Source of the DNA: Felis catus
Taxonomy: Eukaryota
Reading direction: 5' to 3'
Assembly: GCF_018350175.1 (NCBI RefSeq)
Contig: NC_058368.1
Location: 84,694,001 to 84,758,000 of the forward strand
Length of the DNA: 64,000 nucleotides
Shown: piece after piece, positions 11,860 to 26,600 of the stretch
How the letters are laid out: each line of letters opens with the position of its first letter
Position numbering within the stretch: the first letter of the stretch is position 1
Notes under the pieces: model-generated
Told to the model about the DNA's origin: nothing
Databases searched by the model: none
The model's input: only the letters and a program-made list of their open reading frames with translations
Translations under genes and position numbers: made by a program

Positions 11860-13818
11860 TTTCAAAGTACTAGCTCATTTTGTTTTGCTTTGTTTTTAGT
11901 TTATATATCACTTAGTTCTGCTCTAATCTTTATTATTTGTTTTCTTCTGATGGCTTTAGACATTATTTTCTTTTCCTTTTCTAGCTCCTTTAGGTGTAAA
12001 ATTAGGTTGTGCATTTGGTACATTTCTTGCTTCTTGAGATTGGCCTGAATTACAATTCTTCCCTCTTAGGCCTGCCTTTGCTTAATACCAAAGGATTTGG
12101 ACTGTCATGTTTCCATTTTCATTGCCTTCCGTGTATTTTTTTTTAAATTTCTTCTTTAATTTCCTTGTAAACCCATTCATTCTTTGGTAGGATGTTCTTT
12201 AACCTCCATGGATATGAGTGCTTTCCAAAATTTTTCTTGTGGTTGACTTCAAATTTTATATGCATGGAATGATCATTCTGTATTTGTTGAGGTCTAATTT
12301 GTGACACAGCATGTGGTTTATTCTGGAGAATGTTCCATGTTCACTTAAAAATAATGTGCATTTTTTTTTTGTTTTAAGATGAATGTTCTGAATATATTTG
12401 TTTTGTCCATCTAGTCCAATGTGTCATTCAAACACCATTGTCCCCTTGTTGATTTTCTGCTTAGATATTCTGTCAATTGTTGTAAAGGTGGTGTTAAAGT
12501 ACCCTCCTATTTCTGTATTTCTAATCAATTAGTTTATTTATGTTATTTTTAATTGATTTATACATTTGTATGTTTTCAAGTTGAGAGCATAAATATTTAC
12601 AATTGTTAGATCTTCTTGGTGGATAGACCAACTGATCATGATATAGTGCACTTCTACCTCTCTTCTTATATTCTTTGTTTTAAAAGGTAGTGTGCCTGAT
12701 ATAAGTATGGATATTCCAATAACCCATTAGCATGAAAGATAGTTCTCAACCCCTCACTTTCACTCTGCCAATGTCTTTAGGTCTAAAATGATTCTCATGT
12801 AGACAGTGTATAGATGGGTCTTGTTTTTATCCATTCTGCTTCCTGTGTCTTTTATTGGATCATTTAGTCCATTTGCATTCAAAGTGATTACTAAAGGATA
12901 TGAATTTGGTGCCTTTGTTTTACCTGTAAAATGGTGGGTTTTTGTGATATTCTGTTTCTTTCTAGTCTTTTTTGCTTCCATTCTCTGCCACCACCTCCCA
13001 CCCCCGGCCCACTATATGAACAGTCAGAAACACCTTTAGTTTTTGTTTGTCTGGGAAACTCTTTATGTCTCCTTCTATTTTGAATGATAGTTTTGCTGGA
13101 TAGATTATTCTTGGCTTCATATTTTTCGCATTCAGCACGTTGAATACAAAATGGAATTTCTTCTGGCTTGTCAAGTTTCTGTGGAGAAATCTGAAGATGC
13201 TGATCTGTGTTCCCTTGTAGGATAAAGACATTTTTTTCCCTTTGCTGCTTTCAGGATTCTTTCATTGTCTATTTATTTTGTAAATTTTACTATGATATGC
13301 CTTGGCGATGCCCAGCTTTTGTTGAATAGTAGTGCTCTGTGCTTCTAGGATTTCTATGTCTTTTTCTTTCCCCACATTAGTATATTTTCACCTATATTGT
13401 GTTCACCATAAACCTTCTGCCACTTTTTCTCTGTCTTCCTTTTCTGGAAATGCTATGATAAGAATGTTATTCCATTTTAATAAGTCTCTGAGAACCCTAA
13501 TTCTACCTTTATAATCTCTTACCTTTGTATCCCTCTTTGTTTCATCTTCATTATTTTCCATTTTATCTTCTATATTACCAATTTATTTCACTGCTTTGTC
13601 CATCTTAACTGTCATGGCATCCATTGAGGTTTGCATATCAGTTATTGCATTTTTATTTCAGCCTGACTAGATTTTAGTTCTTTTATCTCTGCTGTAAGGG
13701 ATTCTCTGGTATCTTCTATTCATTTTTCAAACCCAGCTAGGATCCTTATAATTTTTTTTTAATTCCAGTTTAAACATCTTACTTTTATCTGTATTGATTA
13801 CATCGCTGTCTGTCATAC

Positions 13819-13819
<1 letters not shown>

Positions 13820-13859
<40 letters not shown>

Positions 13860-14080
13860 TTTCTTCCTTTCTTCCTTTCCTGTTTATTTGCTTTTAAGGA
13901 AAAGTGAGACAGTGTGTGAGTGGGGTATGGGAACAGAGAGGGAGACACAGAATCTGAAGCAGGTTTCAGGTTCTGAGCTGTCAGCACAAAGCCCAAGGTG
14001 GGGCTAGAACTCACAAATAATGAGATCATGACTTGAAAAGAAATTGGACGCTAAACTGACTGAGCCACCCAAGTGCCCCT
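13820..14080 (-). mobile_element. Can-SINE with (TTTC)n tail
   Basis: ggagacacagaatctgaagcagg, ctgactgagccacccaagtgcccc. Confidence 0.9.
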
Positions 14081-15619
14081 TCCTCTTCTTTCTTTTGATG
14101 TGAATTCCTCAGTCATTTCATTTTGGAAAAAAAAATTTAGTTGAAAAAAATCAAATAAAGGAAGCTAGATCCTGGGTGTGTTTTGATCTGGTTGATAATA
14201 AATGGTTAAAAAAAAAAGAAAATAAATAAAATTAAATAAGACAAATAAAATATTGGTAAATTTAAAAATTTATCTTTCTTTATTCAAGGGAAAAACAAAA
14301 CAAACAGAAGCAAAACAAACAAACCAAACCGATGGAAGCTAGATCAATTTTCCCCTAGAGTTGAAAATTTGCAGTAATCTATGATCAGTAAGCTAAGCAC
14401 TTGGAAGGGATTTGCGATGGTCTTCTGATGGAGGGGCCTGCTGGTTTGATTTTCAGGCCCTCTTGCCCTACTGGAGATGTGGCTGCAGCGTGCGGGGTGG
14501 GGGGGGGGGGCGAGGTAGAGACAGGGCTTTGTGTAATGGCCCCATTCTCCACTTGGTGGCTCTGTTTAGCTAACTGAGGTCAATTAGTGCTGTTAAGCTA
14601 ATGGTTGAAAATGGCTTTTCCTAGCTCTCTAGTTTCCAGAGCAGAACTTCCTGCCCTCACAGATGCACAATAAGTCACCCCTCTTGTGTGTCTGGCTGCC
14701 GTCAGCTCTCCGTCTTCCCCCTGTCTGTGTCAGAACAGTCTACCTACAAGGCGGCATCTCCATCCAGAGTTTCATCTGAGGCTCTGCTGTGTTTCAAACT
14801 CCCACACTTCAGAGAATCCTGTGGCTGAGTATCCCACTGATCCTCTAGGGTAGGATGTCACTGAGCAATGGGTGACTTCTCCCAGAAAAGGGTCATGGAA
14901 CTGCTCAGTGGCAACATTGGAGTTTATGGTAAATCATAACACATAGCTGGTGCCAGGGTTTCCTGCTCTTACTGAGCATCTTTGTTGCTATGTCTACGAA
15001 CAGAGCAACTCTATGGTGCCCACAGGATATTTTGACCATGTAAAAGCCATATTGCCTGTATTAAATGCACTCCATGCAGGGGAAACACTTCTCACCATTG
15101 AACCCATGGGATCCTCAGACCATGCTGCCCAATCCTGGCTCTCCCCTACTTCCTCAGTAGAGCACCACCGGGCCATGAGCTCAAAAACTTCAGACTTTGC
15201 ATACCGCTGTTTATAAAAACTGTCGGTATTGTAACCCTCTCCTTTTTCCCCACGAGTGTTTTTGGGGAAAAGTTTTCTTGTGCAGTCCCCCATATGTGTT
15301 TTCGCTTTCTCTCTAGCTACTTTCAGGAAGAGTGCTTTCCTTGTGTGAACTCTATGCGCTATTCGCTTGCCTCCTCTCTCTTTCTCCTTTCCATAAAAGG
15401 GGATCTCTCCCCTCTGTGGCACCTCAGCCCTTCTCTCCCCCAATTCACCTCACTGCACTGCATACCTGCCATGTTCATTATCTCAAATTATGCAGATTGT
15501 TCTCTTAATCTGCAGATTGATTTCCTAGGTGTTCAAAATTATTTGATGTTGATCTAGCTGTATTCCAGGGTCAAGACAAGCCCAAGGTATCCTTTCTACT
15601 CTAACATCTTAACTCCTAT

Positions 15620-17760
15620 TCTGCCTCCTGTGTATTTTAAATTTAAGTTATAGGGTTCTTCATATCTGATAGATTATTTTTAAATATATTTTCTATTTCT
15701 TTGTCGAAGGGCTCACTGAGATCCTCATGCTGGTCTCAAGTCCAAGATGTATCTTTATGACTATTACCTTGAATTTTCTATCAGGTATATGCTCATCTCC
15801 ATTTCATTTAGCTCCTTTGTTGTGATTTTGTGTTGTTTTATCATCTGGGAGACATTCCTATGTCTCCTAATTTTGTCTGAATTTCTGAGTTTGTTCCTAC
15901 ATTTTAGGATTGTCAGGAATGTCTTCTGTACTTAAAAGTTCTGGCTTTCTGTAGAAAAAGTCTTGCAGTGCCCTATAGTGCAATGTCTCCTTATCACCAG
16001 AAGTATGCACTTCAGGGACTTCGGGGATGTCTCCTATATGCGTTGTATGTGGCCTACTATTGTGGCTGAGTTGTGTCTGTGTTCAGTACAGTTTGATGCC
16101 ATGGCCCACTTTCTCTGTTGTGGGCAGTATTAAGTTCCCATTCTGTTAAAGGGCCAGTCTTTGGCCACCCTGGGCTTGTAGTTGGTTCAGACCAGATGGC
16201 TGCTCTCAACCTTTTTGTCAGTGCTGCCATCTCACCAGTCTTCAGGGTGCTGTCCTTGCATTGCCCCCTAAGAGGCACTCATTGATTGGGAGGACCTGCA
16301 GTCACACCCAATGTCTGATCCTAATCTGTTGGGGTTACAATGACCCCAAACTACAATTCTCTGTCTTTGTGATCCCCACTGTGAGGTTTTTATTGGTGAG
16401 TGAGGTCAGCTGTCAGATCAGATGTCTGCCATCAGCCCACTCCTGAGGCTGAATTTGAACTTGTGTGTGGTTATTTTCACCTGTCCCCAGGGAAAGTGTT
16501 ACTTCAGAGTGACACTGGTTGCTCTTGGATCAGTTTGTAGAGTGAGAGCATTAATGAGCCCATTTTGGAGGGTCTCATACTGATTGAAGCAAGTTAGAAG
16601 GGATGTGTGCTAAGGGAAAAGGCAGGGCCCAAAATATCAGCAACGTAGGTGGGGAAGGTTGACACTGGTTCCCAAGGTGTCTGGTTATCTAGGCTGAGTG
16701 GGGTGCAAAAGAAATGATGGTCCCTGCTTTATTGTTTTTGGAGAAGCCTTCTAAACATCTCTACCACTTCAGTGCATGCTCTGAGGTTAGTAAATAAATA
16801 TCTTTCAATTTTACCCCGGGTATTTTTCAAACTGATGCTTCTATGCTGTATGTCAGAGGGGTTGTAATGCTGGCTCTTTAAAGGATTTTGTATTGCCCTC
16901 TGGCTCTCCCAGAGGTAAGCTCACTGATTTTTAACATACCCGAGTTAATCTCTGCAGTGTATAAACTTGCAAAGTTAAGTCCCATTGGGTTTCAAAGCCA
17001 GATATTATGGGGACTCATCTTCCCAGTTCAAGTTGTCCATATCTGTGGTACCTTATGTAGGGACTATTCCTCTCCCCTCTCTGCTTCTGTGGTGTCCTTT
17101 TCATTTGTGGTTAGTTTATCTGGAAGTCTGGTACCCACCTGTGTCTTAGCTTCTATTTTTTTAAGTAGTCTCCTCACCATGATTAATTGTGGGGAGTCTG
17201 TTATGGTATGTCATCTGTCATTTTTTTGATTTAATTGCACTGATATAGCTGTTATCCTGGTGTATACATGGGACAACATCATTCTAAGATCCTTCTATAT
17301 CCTCCTCCTCCAAGGCTCCCTTGTAAGGCCTCACTTACCCTGCTATGTGTGTACCATACAAGGTTTGGCCCCTTTGCTGGTAAGAGGCTTGGGTGGGGCC
17401 ATTGTGTGCATGTAGTTGGGCGGTGTCAGCCATCAAACCAAATGCCTGCCCTTATCCTTCCGCTGGGAAGCAGTTGCACCAAATTGCAAGACATTCTCCT
17501 TGCCTTGTCCCCTGAGAGGCTTTCATTGGTGGGCAAGACCTGCATTCAGCACAGATGCCTATCCCCAGTGTGTCTATTGTGGCTGTAGTCACACTGAAGT
17601 GTAGGGCTTTCTCCCTGTTTCTTTCCCCTTGGTGAGCAATTATTGAAGTCAGACCACATAAGTATCCCCAGTCCATCTACCAGGGCTGCATCACAGCGAT
17701 TTTTAAGGCAGTCTTTCTTCCCTGAAGGTTTTAAACTTTAGTTGTATGAACCTGGGGACA
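15620..17760 (-). mobile_element. Older LINE-1 5' region (ORF1 N-terminus plus 5' UTR) with an internally repeated segment
   Basis: ORF1-type antisense sequence at 15650-15900; 16130-16510 resembles 17370-17760 (cccctaagaggcactcattgattgggaggacctgca vs cccctgagaggctttcattggtgggcaagacctgca). Confidence 0.6.
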
Positions 17761-18829
17761 TTGGTGTGTGAGTTTATATTCCTTTCTTCTCATTAAAGGA
17801 GTCACTTTGGAGTGGTGCCAATCCTTGCCAGATCTTCTTATAGACTGTGTTACAACAGGGGTGGAGAACAAATAAAGTGTTAAATTACTGACAAGAAGCT
17901 TCTCTTTGGATATAACACACCATTCATAATTAGCATGTTTTCTACTGGTCATTCCTCTATGCATTTCAAAATTTAAGATTATGCAGTATAGCTTTTAGTT
18001 ATTTATTCCTGCTTTTAAATGATACATTTTATCGTGTATAATTTCATAAACATATTCCTATGTCATTAAAAGCCCATGTAAGTCTTACTTCTAGTAATTT
18101 GGTAACATTTCAATGGAGGGACATAAAATACTTTCTCAACAAATCCTGTATTAATGGACAGGTCTCTTCACCAGTTTTTGTGGTTATAAAAAATTCTGGA
18201 ATGAGTATCTTGGTCATTTAAATATCTTATAAAATGCTTTTGTGGAAATGACTGAGCGAATTTTATGCAAGGTAGAGCTTTCATGCAGGACATATGTCCT
18301 GGGGTTGAAAATCTTCTTGTAAGGTGCCCTCCTGGCAGCAGTTTTCCACTTGAATTTCTAAGTCTTTACACTCAGCTTGAGAATGCTAGGGAGTTTATAG
18401 ATCAGATCAATAACCTGTGTCTACTGTGGATTTTGTATAAGCTGGACTGCTTTCTGGAAGACAATAGGAATAGCACTTTGGAATGTTCCATGTCCTCAAA
18501 GAATGACAGGATGCCCTTGATGAAGAAGGTGGAGAGATCTGAAATTTAGAAGTCTCCTAGGAAGCAGAAAGCGGTGCACAGCCTACACAATGCTGAGTTA
18601 ATGAAAACTCTGTTCTCTAGATGTATATCTTGCTGTCCATGTCACAAACCACATACAAGGGGTGCATCAGAGGCTTCTAAAACTCCATAAGTGCTTACAC
18701 AGGATGAGTGCCAGATAGGAATGATGGCTCAGGTACCTTCCCTGAAAGAAGGAAGTAATAACAGCTATTTCATAAGATTTTTGTTTGTTTCTGCACTCCT
18801 TAACCTGCTACTCCTTAGTAATTGTTAAT

Positions 18830-19540
18830 TTAGTTCTTAGCACCAGGCACTTGCTATGAGGATCCCAAACTCATGAAACTTGATGCCTCAGTAAGAAATA
18901 CATAAACAAACCCATAAATAATGAAGGATATTTGAGATAATTGGATGGTGGTCCAGGAATCAAGAATATTCTTCAGGAAGGGGCCTCAGAAGAGACCAGA
19001 GGATGAGAGAAGGGGAGCATAAGACCAGTCTCTGAGGCAGGATACACTTAGTTTATTTCAGAAGAATTAAGAAAGTTCTGCTTGGGGGAGGGCAGGCAGA
19101 GACTTTCAGGACAGTTAGTATGTTGTGCTTTACCTAAGTGAGCAGGTAATTTTCATGCTTAAGACCCTCAGGCTTCCATGTGCAGATGAGGCAGGGAGGC
19201 CTGGAAGGAGGTTACCACAGTCCAAGGGTGGTAGTGAACTGTGAGAAAGAGAGTAGGGAATGTACTTTTGAGGTAGAACCTTTTGCTTTCAGTGAAGGAT
19301 TGAATGGGAGCCGAGGACTCCTGACAGTCCTAGGTCCCTGACCTGAACACTTAGATGGATAACAGTGGTGCCATTCCCTGAGGTGGTGCAAATGGTGGTG
19401 GAGAAAAGAAATTAGGATTTATTTCTGAACTTCAATGTTTAGGAGTTAAATTTGATGTTTGTGAATATCATCTCAGTTCCTGGAGTGAAAGTCCTCAATT
19501 AGAGAAAGAAACAGAATTGAAAGGGAAAGGAGTGACTATA
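18830..19540. mobile_element. Probable ancient LINE-2 fragment
   Basis: Degenerate L2-like phrases (ttttgaggtagaacc...ggattgaatggg, tggataacagtggtgccattccctgagg); recognised from memory only. Confidence 0.5.
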
Positions 19541-19689
19541 TATTCCTTGTGAGGCACCTACCAGAATGTGGTAGTACATTAGGTTCTTCAAGATTCTCAC
19601 AAGCCACAAACCACTCCCTGGCCTGGGTCTCTGGGACAGAAAGTCCTTCTCTGTCTACTTTTGTTTTATTTTCCCCTACTTTGGAGCAG

Positions 19690-20640
19690 AGATTGACCCA
19701 ACGATGGATTTACGTCTCTGTACCACCCTGGCCTGGATTTCCCCTGGATTTCAGGTTTCTCCCTGTGTCTTTGACTTTTGATAGTACGATTATAATTTGT
19801 CTTTCTCTGAACATCTTAAGGTTTTCTACTTGGAGCTCACTTAAATTCTTGGTGGAGTAGATTTAAGACTTTTATCAAGTTTTGAAAACTATTCAGCCTT
19901 TCCCCCCCCCCTTTTTTTTTACAGCAGTTTTAAGTTTACAACAATATTGAGAGGAAGGTATTGATATTTCTCATATACCCTCTACCACAAAACATGTATA
20001 GATTCTCCTCCTATCCACATCACTCACCAGAATACATTTGTAATAGAGGATGAACATATATGAATACATTGCAATCATCAGTTTGTAGTTCATCTTAGGG
20101 ATCACTCTATGCATTTGGACAAATGCATAATGACATACATCCCTCATTATAAAATTCCACAGAGTAACTCACTTCCTTAAAATTCTCTTCCTGCTTAGTC
20201 ATTTGTTTCATCTCTAAAATGTCAAACACTTATTATTATTATTATTATTTGTGTTCACAAATTTGCCTTTTCCAGAAGTCACTTAATTGGTGGTCTTTTT
20301 AGTTCATTCATGTCTTCTCTGATTTCCTGACACCTGGATCTGAACATTAGTGATAGAGTAGTTTGAAAACTCCAAATATTACAGTGGTTTAGTCTAGACC
20401 TCCTTTCATTTCTGTGTTTATATGCTTGTTTCACACAATCTGATGCTTCATTGTGAGGCTATACATATTAAGAATTGTTTTATTGTCTTACAAATTGTTC
20501 CTTTTACATTATGCAATGTGCTTATTTATCAATATTATATTGTTTTGAAATGTAATTTGATATTGCTATATCAAGCTCTAATTTCTCTTTATTGTAGTTA
20601 GCATGGTGGATTTCTTCCAACAATTTACTCCATTTATATA
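19690..20640 (-). mobile_element. Ancient L1M fragments
   Basis: L1M-type 3' end (cagcagttttaagtttacaacaatattgag) and degenerate ORF1/ORF2-like antisense patches. Confidence 0.55.
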
Positions 20641-23600
20641 TGCTTATTTATTTGTTTGTGTGTTTGTTTATTTATTTGTTTGTTTGTTTGTTTATTTATT
20701 TTATTTAAGTCCAAATTAGTTAGCATATAGTGGAACAATGATTTCAGGAGTAGATTCCTCAGTGCCCCTGCCCATTTAGCCCATCCTCCCTCCCATAAAT
20801 CATCCTGTAACCCTCAGTTTGTTCTCCATACTTATGAGTCTCATCTCTTCTGTCCCCCTCCCTGTTTTTATATTATTTTTGTTTCCCTTCCCTTATGTTC
20901 ATCTGTTTCGTTTCTTAAAGTCTTCATATGAAAGAAGTCATATGATTTTTGTCTTTCTCTGAGTGACTAATTTCACTTAGCATAATGCCATGCAGTTCCA
21001 TCCAAGTAGTTGCAAATGGCAAGATTTCATTCTTTTTGATTGCCAAGTAATACTCCATTATATATATACACACACACACACACACACCACACCTTCTTTA
21101 TCCATTCATCCATCGATGGACATTTGGGCTCTTTCCGTACTTTGGGTATTGTTGATAGTGCTGCTATAAACATGGGGGTTCATGTGTCCCTTCAAAACAG
21201 CACACCTGTATCCCTTGGATAAAAATGCCTAGTAAAGCAATTGCTGGGTCATAGGGTAATTCTATTTTTAGTTTTTTGAGGAACCTCCATACTGTTTTCC
21301 AGAGTGGCTGCACCAGCTTGCATTCCCACCAATAATGCAAAAGAGATCCTCTTTCCCCCCATTCTTGCCAACATCTATTGTTGCCTGAGTTGTTAATGTT
21401 AGCCATTCTGAGAGATGTAAGGTGGTATCTCATTGTGGTTTTGATTTGTATTTCCCTGATGATGAGTGGTGTTGAGCATTTTTTCATGTGTCGGTTGGCC
21501 ATCTGGATGTCTTCTTTGGAGAAGTGTCTATTCATGTCTTTTGCCCATTTCTTCACTGGATGTTGGGTGTTGAGTTTGATAAGTTCTTTATAGATTTTGG
21601 GTAGTAACACTTTATCTGATATGTCGTTTGCAAATATCTTCTCCCATTCTGTGGGTTGCCTTTTAGTTTTGGTGATTGTTTCCTTTGGTGTGCAGAAGCT
21701 TTTTATTTTGATGAGGTCCCAGTAGTTCATTTTTACTTTTGTTTCCCTTGTCTCCAAAAACATGTTGATTAAGAAACTGCTGCGGGCAAGATCAAAGAGG
21801 TTTTTGCCTGCTTTCTCCTCGGGGATTTTGATGGTTCCTGTCTCACATTTAGGTCTTTCATCCATTTTGAGTTTGTTTTTGTGTATGGTGTAAGAACGTG
21901 GTCCAGGTTCATTCTTCTGCATGTCACTGTCCAGTTTTCCCAGCACCACTTGCTGAAGAGACTTGTTGGATATTCTTTCCTGCTTTGTCAAAGATTAGTT
22001 GGCCATACTTTTGTGGGTCCATTTCTGGGTTCTCTATTCTGTTGCATTGATCTGAGTGTCTGTTCTTGTGCCAGTACCATGCTGTCTTGATGATTACAGC
22101 TTTGTAGTATAGCTTGAAGTATAGGATGCCTCCTGCTTTGGATTTCTTTTTCAAGATTGCTTTGGCTATTTGGGGTCTTTTCTGATTCCATACAAATTTT
22201 AGAGCTGATTTGTTCTAGCTCTGTGAAGAATGCTGCTGTTATTTCAATAGGGATTGCATTGAATAAGTAGATTGCTTTGGGTAGTACTGACATTTTAACA
22301 ATATTTGTTCTTCCTATCCAGGAGCATGGAATCTTTTTCCATTTCTTTGTGTCTTCTCCAATTTCTGTCATAAGCTTTCTATAGTTTTCACTGTATAGAT
22401 TTTTCACCTTTTTGGTTAGATTTATTCCTAGGTATTTTATGTTTTTTGTGCAACTGTAAATTGGATCAATTCCTTGATTTCTCTTTCTGTCACTTCGTTG
22501 TTGATGTATAGGAATGCAAATGATTTCTGTGCGTTGATTTTATATCCTGAAACTTTGCTGAATTCATGAATCAGCCCTAGAGGTTTTTTGGTGGAATCTT
22601 TTGGGTTTTCCATATAGAGTATCATGTCATCTGCGAAGAGTGAAAGTTTGACCTCCTCCTGCCTCATTTGGATGCCTTTTATTTCTTTGTGTTGTCTGAT
22701 TGTGGAGGCTAAGACTTCCAATACTATGTTGAATAACAGTAGCGAGAGTGGACATCCCAGTCTTGTTCCTGACCTTAGGGGGAAAGCTCTCAGTTTTTCC
22801 CCATTGAGGATGATATTAACATTGGGTCGTTCACATATGGCTGTTATGATCTCGAGGTATGCTCCTTCTATCCCTACTTTCTTGAAGTTTTTTATCAAGA
22901 AAGGATGCTGTATTTTGTCAAATGCTTTCTCTGCATCTATGGAGAGAATCATATGGTTCTTTTCCTTTCTTTTATGGATGTGATGGATCACATGAATTAT
23001 TTTGTGGATATTGAACCAGCCCTGCATCCCAGGTATACATCCCACTTGATTGTGGTGAATATTTTTTTTAATGTATTGTTGGATCCGGTTGAGGATTTTT
23101 GCATCCAAGTTCATCAGGGAAATTGGTCTATAGTTCTTGTTATTAGTGCAGTCTCTGTCTGGTTTTGGAGTCAAGGTCATGCTGGCTTCATAGAAAGAGT
23201 TTGGATGTTTTCCTTCCATTTCTATTTTTTGGAACAGCTTGAAGAGAATAGGTGTTAACTCTTCCTTGAATGTTTGGTAGAATTCCCCTGGAAAGCCATC
23301 TGGCCCTGGACTCTTGTTTTTGGGCAGATTTTTGATTACTCATTTAATTTCCTTACTGTTGATGGGTCTGTTCAAATTTTCTATTTCTTCCTGTTTCAGT
23401 TTTGGTAGTGTATATGTTTCTAGGACTTTGTCCATTTCTTTCAGATTACCCACACTTTTGGCATATAGTTGTTCATAATATTCTCTTATTTTTGTTTTTA
23501 TTTCTGCTGTGTTGGTTGTGATCTTTCTTCTTTCATTCTTGATGTTATTTATTTGGGCCCTTTCCTTTTTCTTTTTGATCAAACTGGCTAGTGGTTCATC

Positions 23601-26600
23601 AATTTTGCCTATTCTTTCAAAGAACCAGCTTCTGGTTTCATTGATCTGTTCTACTGTTTTTTGTTTTTTGTTTTGGTTTCTATAGGGTTAATTTCTGCTC
23701 TAATCTTTATTATTTTCTGTCTTCTGCTGGTTGTGGGCTTTATTTGCTGTTCTTTTTCCAGCTCCTTAAGGTGCAAGGTTAGGTTTTGTATCTGAGATCT
23801 TCCTCCCTTTGGAAGACCTGGATTTCTATATACTTTCCTCTTATGACTGCCTTTGATTCGTACCAGAGATTTTGGGTTGTGGTGTTACCATTTTCATTGA
23901 CTTACATAATTTTTTAAATTTCCTCTTTAACATCCTGGTTAGCCCATTCATTCTTTAGTAGGATGTTCTTCAGTCTCCAAGCATTTGTTACCTTTACAAA
24001 TTTTTTCTTATGGTTGATTTCATGTTTCATAGCGTTGTGGTCTGAAAATATGCACGGTATGTTCTCGATACTTTTGTACTTACTTAGGGCTGATTAGTGT
24101 CCCAGTATATGCTCTATTCTGGAGAACGTTCCATGTGTACTGGAGAAGAATGTATATTCTGCTGCTTTAGGATGAAATGTTCTGAATATATCTTTTAAGT
24201 CCATCTGGTCCAGTGTGCCATTCAAAGCCCTTGTTTCCTTGTTGATTTTTTGATTACATGTTCTTCCCATTGCTGTGAGTGGGGTGTTGAAGTCTCCTAC
24301 TATCATGATATTACTGTTGATGAGTTTCTTTATGTTTGTGATTAATTGAATTATATATTGGGTGCTGCCACATTTGGCACATAAATGTTTACAATTGTTA
24401 GGTCTTCTTGGTGGATGGTCTCCTTTATTATGATATAATGCCCTTCTGTATCTCTTGATACAGTCTTTATTTTAAAATCTAGATTGATATAAATATGGCT
24501 ACTCCAGCTTTCTTTTGTTGACCATTAGTATGATAGATGATTCTCCATCCCCTTATTTTCAGTCTGAAGGTGTCTTTAGATCTAAAGTGGGTCTCTTGTA
24601 AACAGCACATATATGGGTCTTGTTTTCTTATCCATTCTGTTACCCTATGTCTCTTGATTGGAGCATTGAGTCCATTGACTTTATAGTGAGTACTGAAGGT
24701 ATGAATTTATTGCCATCATGATGCTTGTAGAGTTGGAGTTTCTGATAGTGTTCTCTAGTCCTTTCCAATCTTTATTGTTTTTGGTATTTCTCTCTCTCTC
24801 TTTTTCATCTTTTCTCCCCTCAGAGAGTCCACCTTAAAATTTCTTGCAGGGCTGGTTTAGTGGTCACAAACTCCTTTAATTTTTGTTTGTCTGGGAAACA
24901 TTTTATCTCTCCTTCTATTTTGAATGACAGCCTTGCTGGATAAAGAATTCTTGGCTGCATATTTTTCTGATTCAGCACACTGAATATATCCCACCACTCC
25001 ATTCTGGCCTGCCAAGTTTCTGTGGATAGGTCTGCTGCAAACCTGATTTGTTTTCCCATATGTGTTAGGGACTTTTTTTTTCCCTTGCTGCTTTCATGAT
25101 TCTCTCCTTGCCTGAGTATTTTGTGAATTTGACTCTGATATCCCTTGTTGATGGTTGGTTTTTGTTGAATCTAATGGGGGTCCTCTGTGCTTCCTGGATT
25201 TTGATATCTGTGTCTTTCCCAAGGTTAGGAAAGTTTTCTGCTATGATTTACTCACATAACCCTTCTACCCCTATTTCTCTCTCTTCCTCTTCTGGGACCC
25301 CTATGATTCTGATGTTGTTCCTTTTTAATGTGTCACTGATTTTTCTAATTTTTAAATCGTGTTCATTTGCCTTAATCTCCCTCTTTTTTTTCTGCTTCAT
25401 GATTCTCTGTTTGTCCTCTATATCAGTGATTCTGTGTTCTGCCTCATCCATCCTTGCCACTGCTGCATACATCAATGATTCCAGCTCAGTTATAACATTT
25501 TTAACTTCATTATGACTATTTTTTACTTCTTTTATCTCTTAAGAAAGGGATTGTAATCTATTTTTGACTCCAGTTGGTATTCTTATTATCGTGATTCTAA
25601 ATTCTGTTTCAGACATCTTGCTTGTATCTGTCTTGGTTAAATCCCTGGCTGTCGTTTCTTCATGCTCTTTCCTTTGCAGTGAATTCCTTTGTTTTGTCAT
25701 TTTGAATGGAGAAAAGTAATTAATGACATAGAAAAATTAAATAGAAGAAAATTAATATAAAAATAATAAAATTAAACAATTAAAAACACACTGACACACA
25801 AATATCTAATAAAATATGCTAGATCTTCCATCTGGGAGTTGAATGTGGTTTGACAGAGTTGAGAAAAAATGGGGAAAAAACAAGAAATCATTTGGGAATT
25901 TGAAAAAATGAATACACTGAAGTAGACTAAAATCAGATGATGGGATTAAAATAAAATTTGAAAAAAAATACACAAAAGTAAAGAATATAGCAGAAAAAAT
26001 TAAAGAAAAATATTTTTAATAAAAATTAAAAATAAAATGATTTGTTTCTCATTCCGTATTCAAGAAAAAGAAAAGAAATGAAAAGAGAAAAGACAAAAAA
26101 AATCATTTGAAAATTTGAAAAAGTGAATACACTGTAGTAGAGTAAAATAAAATGATGGAAGTAAATTAGAATTTGAAAAAAATTACATAAAAACAAAAAA
26201 TATAGTAAAAAACTAAAGAAAAAAATATTTGTAATAGACATTGAAATTAAAAATGAAGTTTTTCTGCATTCAAGAAAAAGAAAAGAAACAAAAAGAAAAA
26301 GAAATGAAAGAAGAAAAAAAGGAAATTGTTTGAAAATTTGAAAAGTTGAATATACTGAAGTAGACTCAAATAAAATGATGGAAGTAAGATAGAATTTGAA
26401 AAAATACACAAAATAAACAATAAAATTTAAAAAATTAATGAAAATATTTTTAATAAAAATTGAAAAAAAAGATTTTTTATCTTTCTGTATTCAAGAGAAA
26501 GAAAAGTAGTGTAAAAGAGAAAAAAGAAAGAAACAAACAAAATTGAGTAGATGGACCTGCTAACAGATTGAAATTGGACTGAAAGTGCATTGTTTTCCCC

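Larger units (their letters stand above)
7110..15618 (-). mobile_element. Near-full-length degenerate LINE-1 with nested SINEs and LTRs
   Basis: ORF2 peptides ([50 protein letters not shown]), ORF1 peptide PRIIYPAKLSFKIEGDIKSFPDKQKLK, T-rich tail near 7110, L1-type 5' start (reverse aggagttaagatgtt) near 15610. Confidence 0.93.

Noticed and set aside
18856..18895. atgaggatcc...tgatgcctcagtaag as a defensin signal exon
   Set aside because: Too short, contains a stop, has no hydrophobic core and lies in L2-like sequence.
21164..23219. Long ORFs of 260-275 aa as host genes
   Set aside because: They are frameshifted LINE-1 ORF2 fragments; the same holds for 49234-52740.
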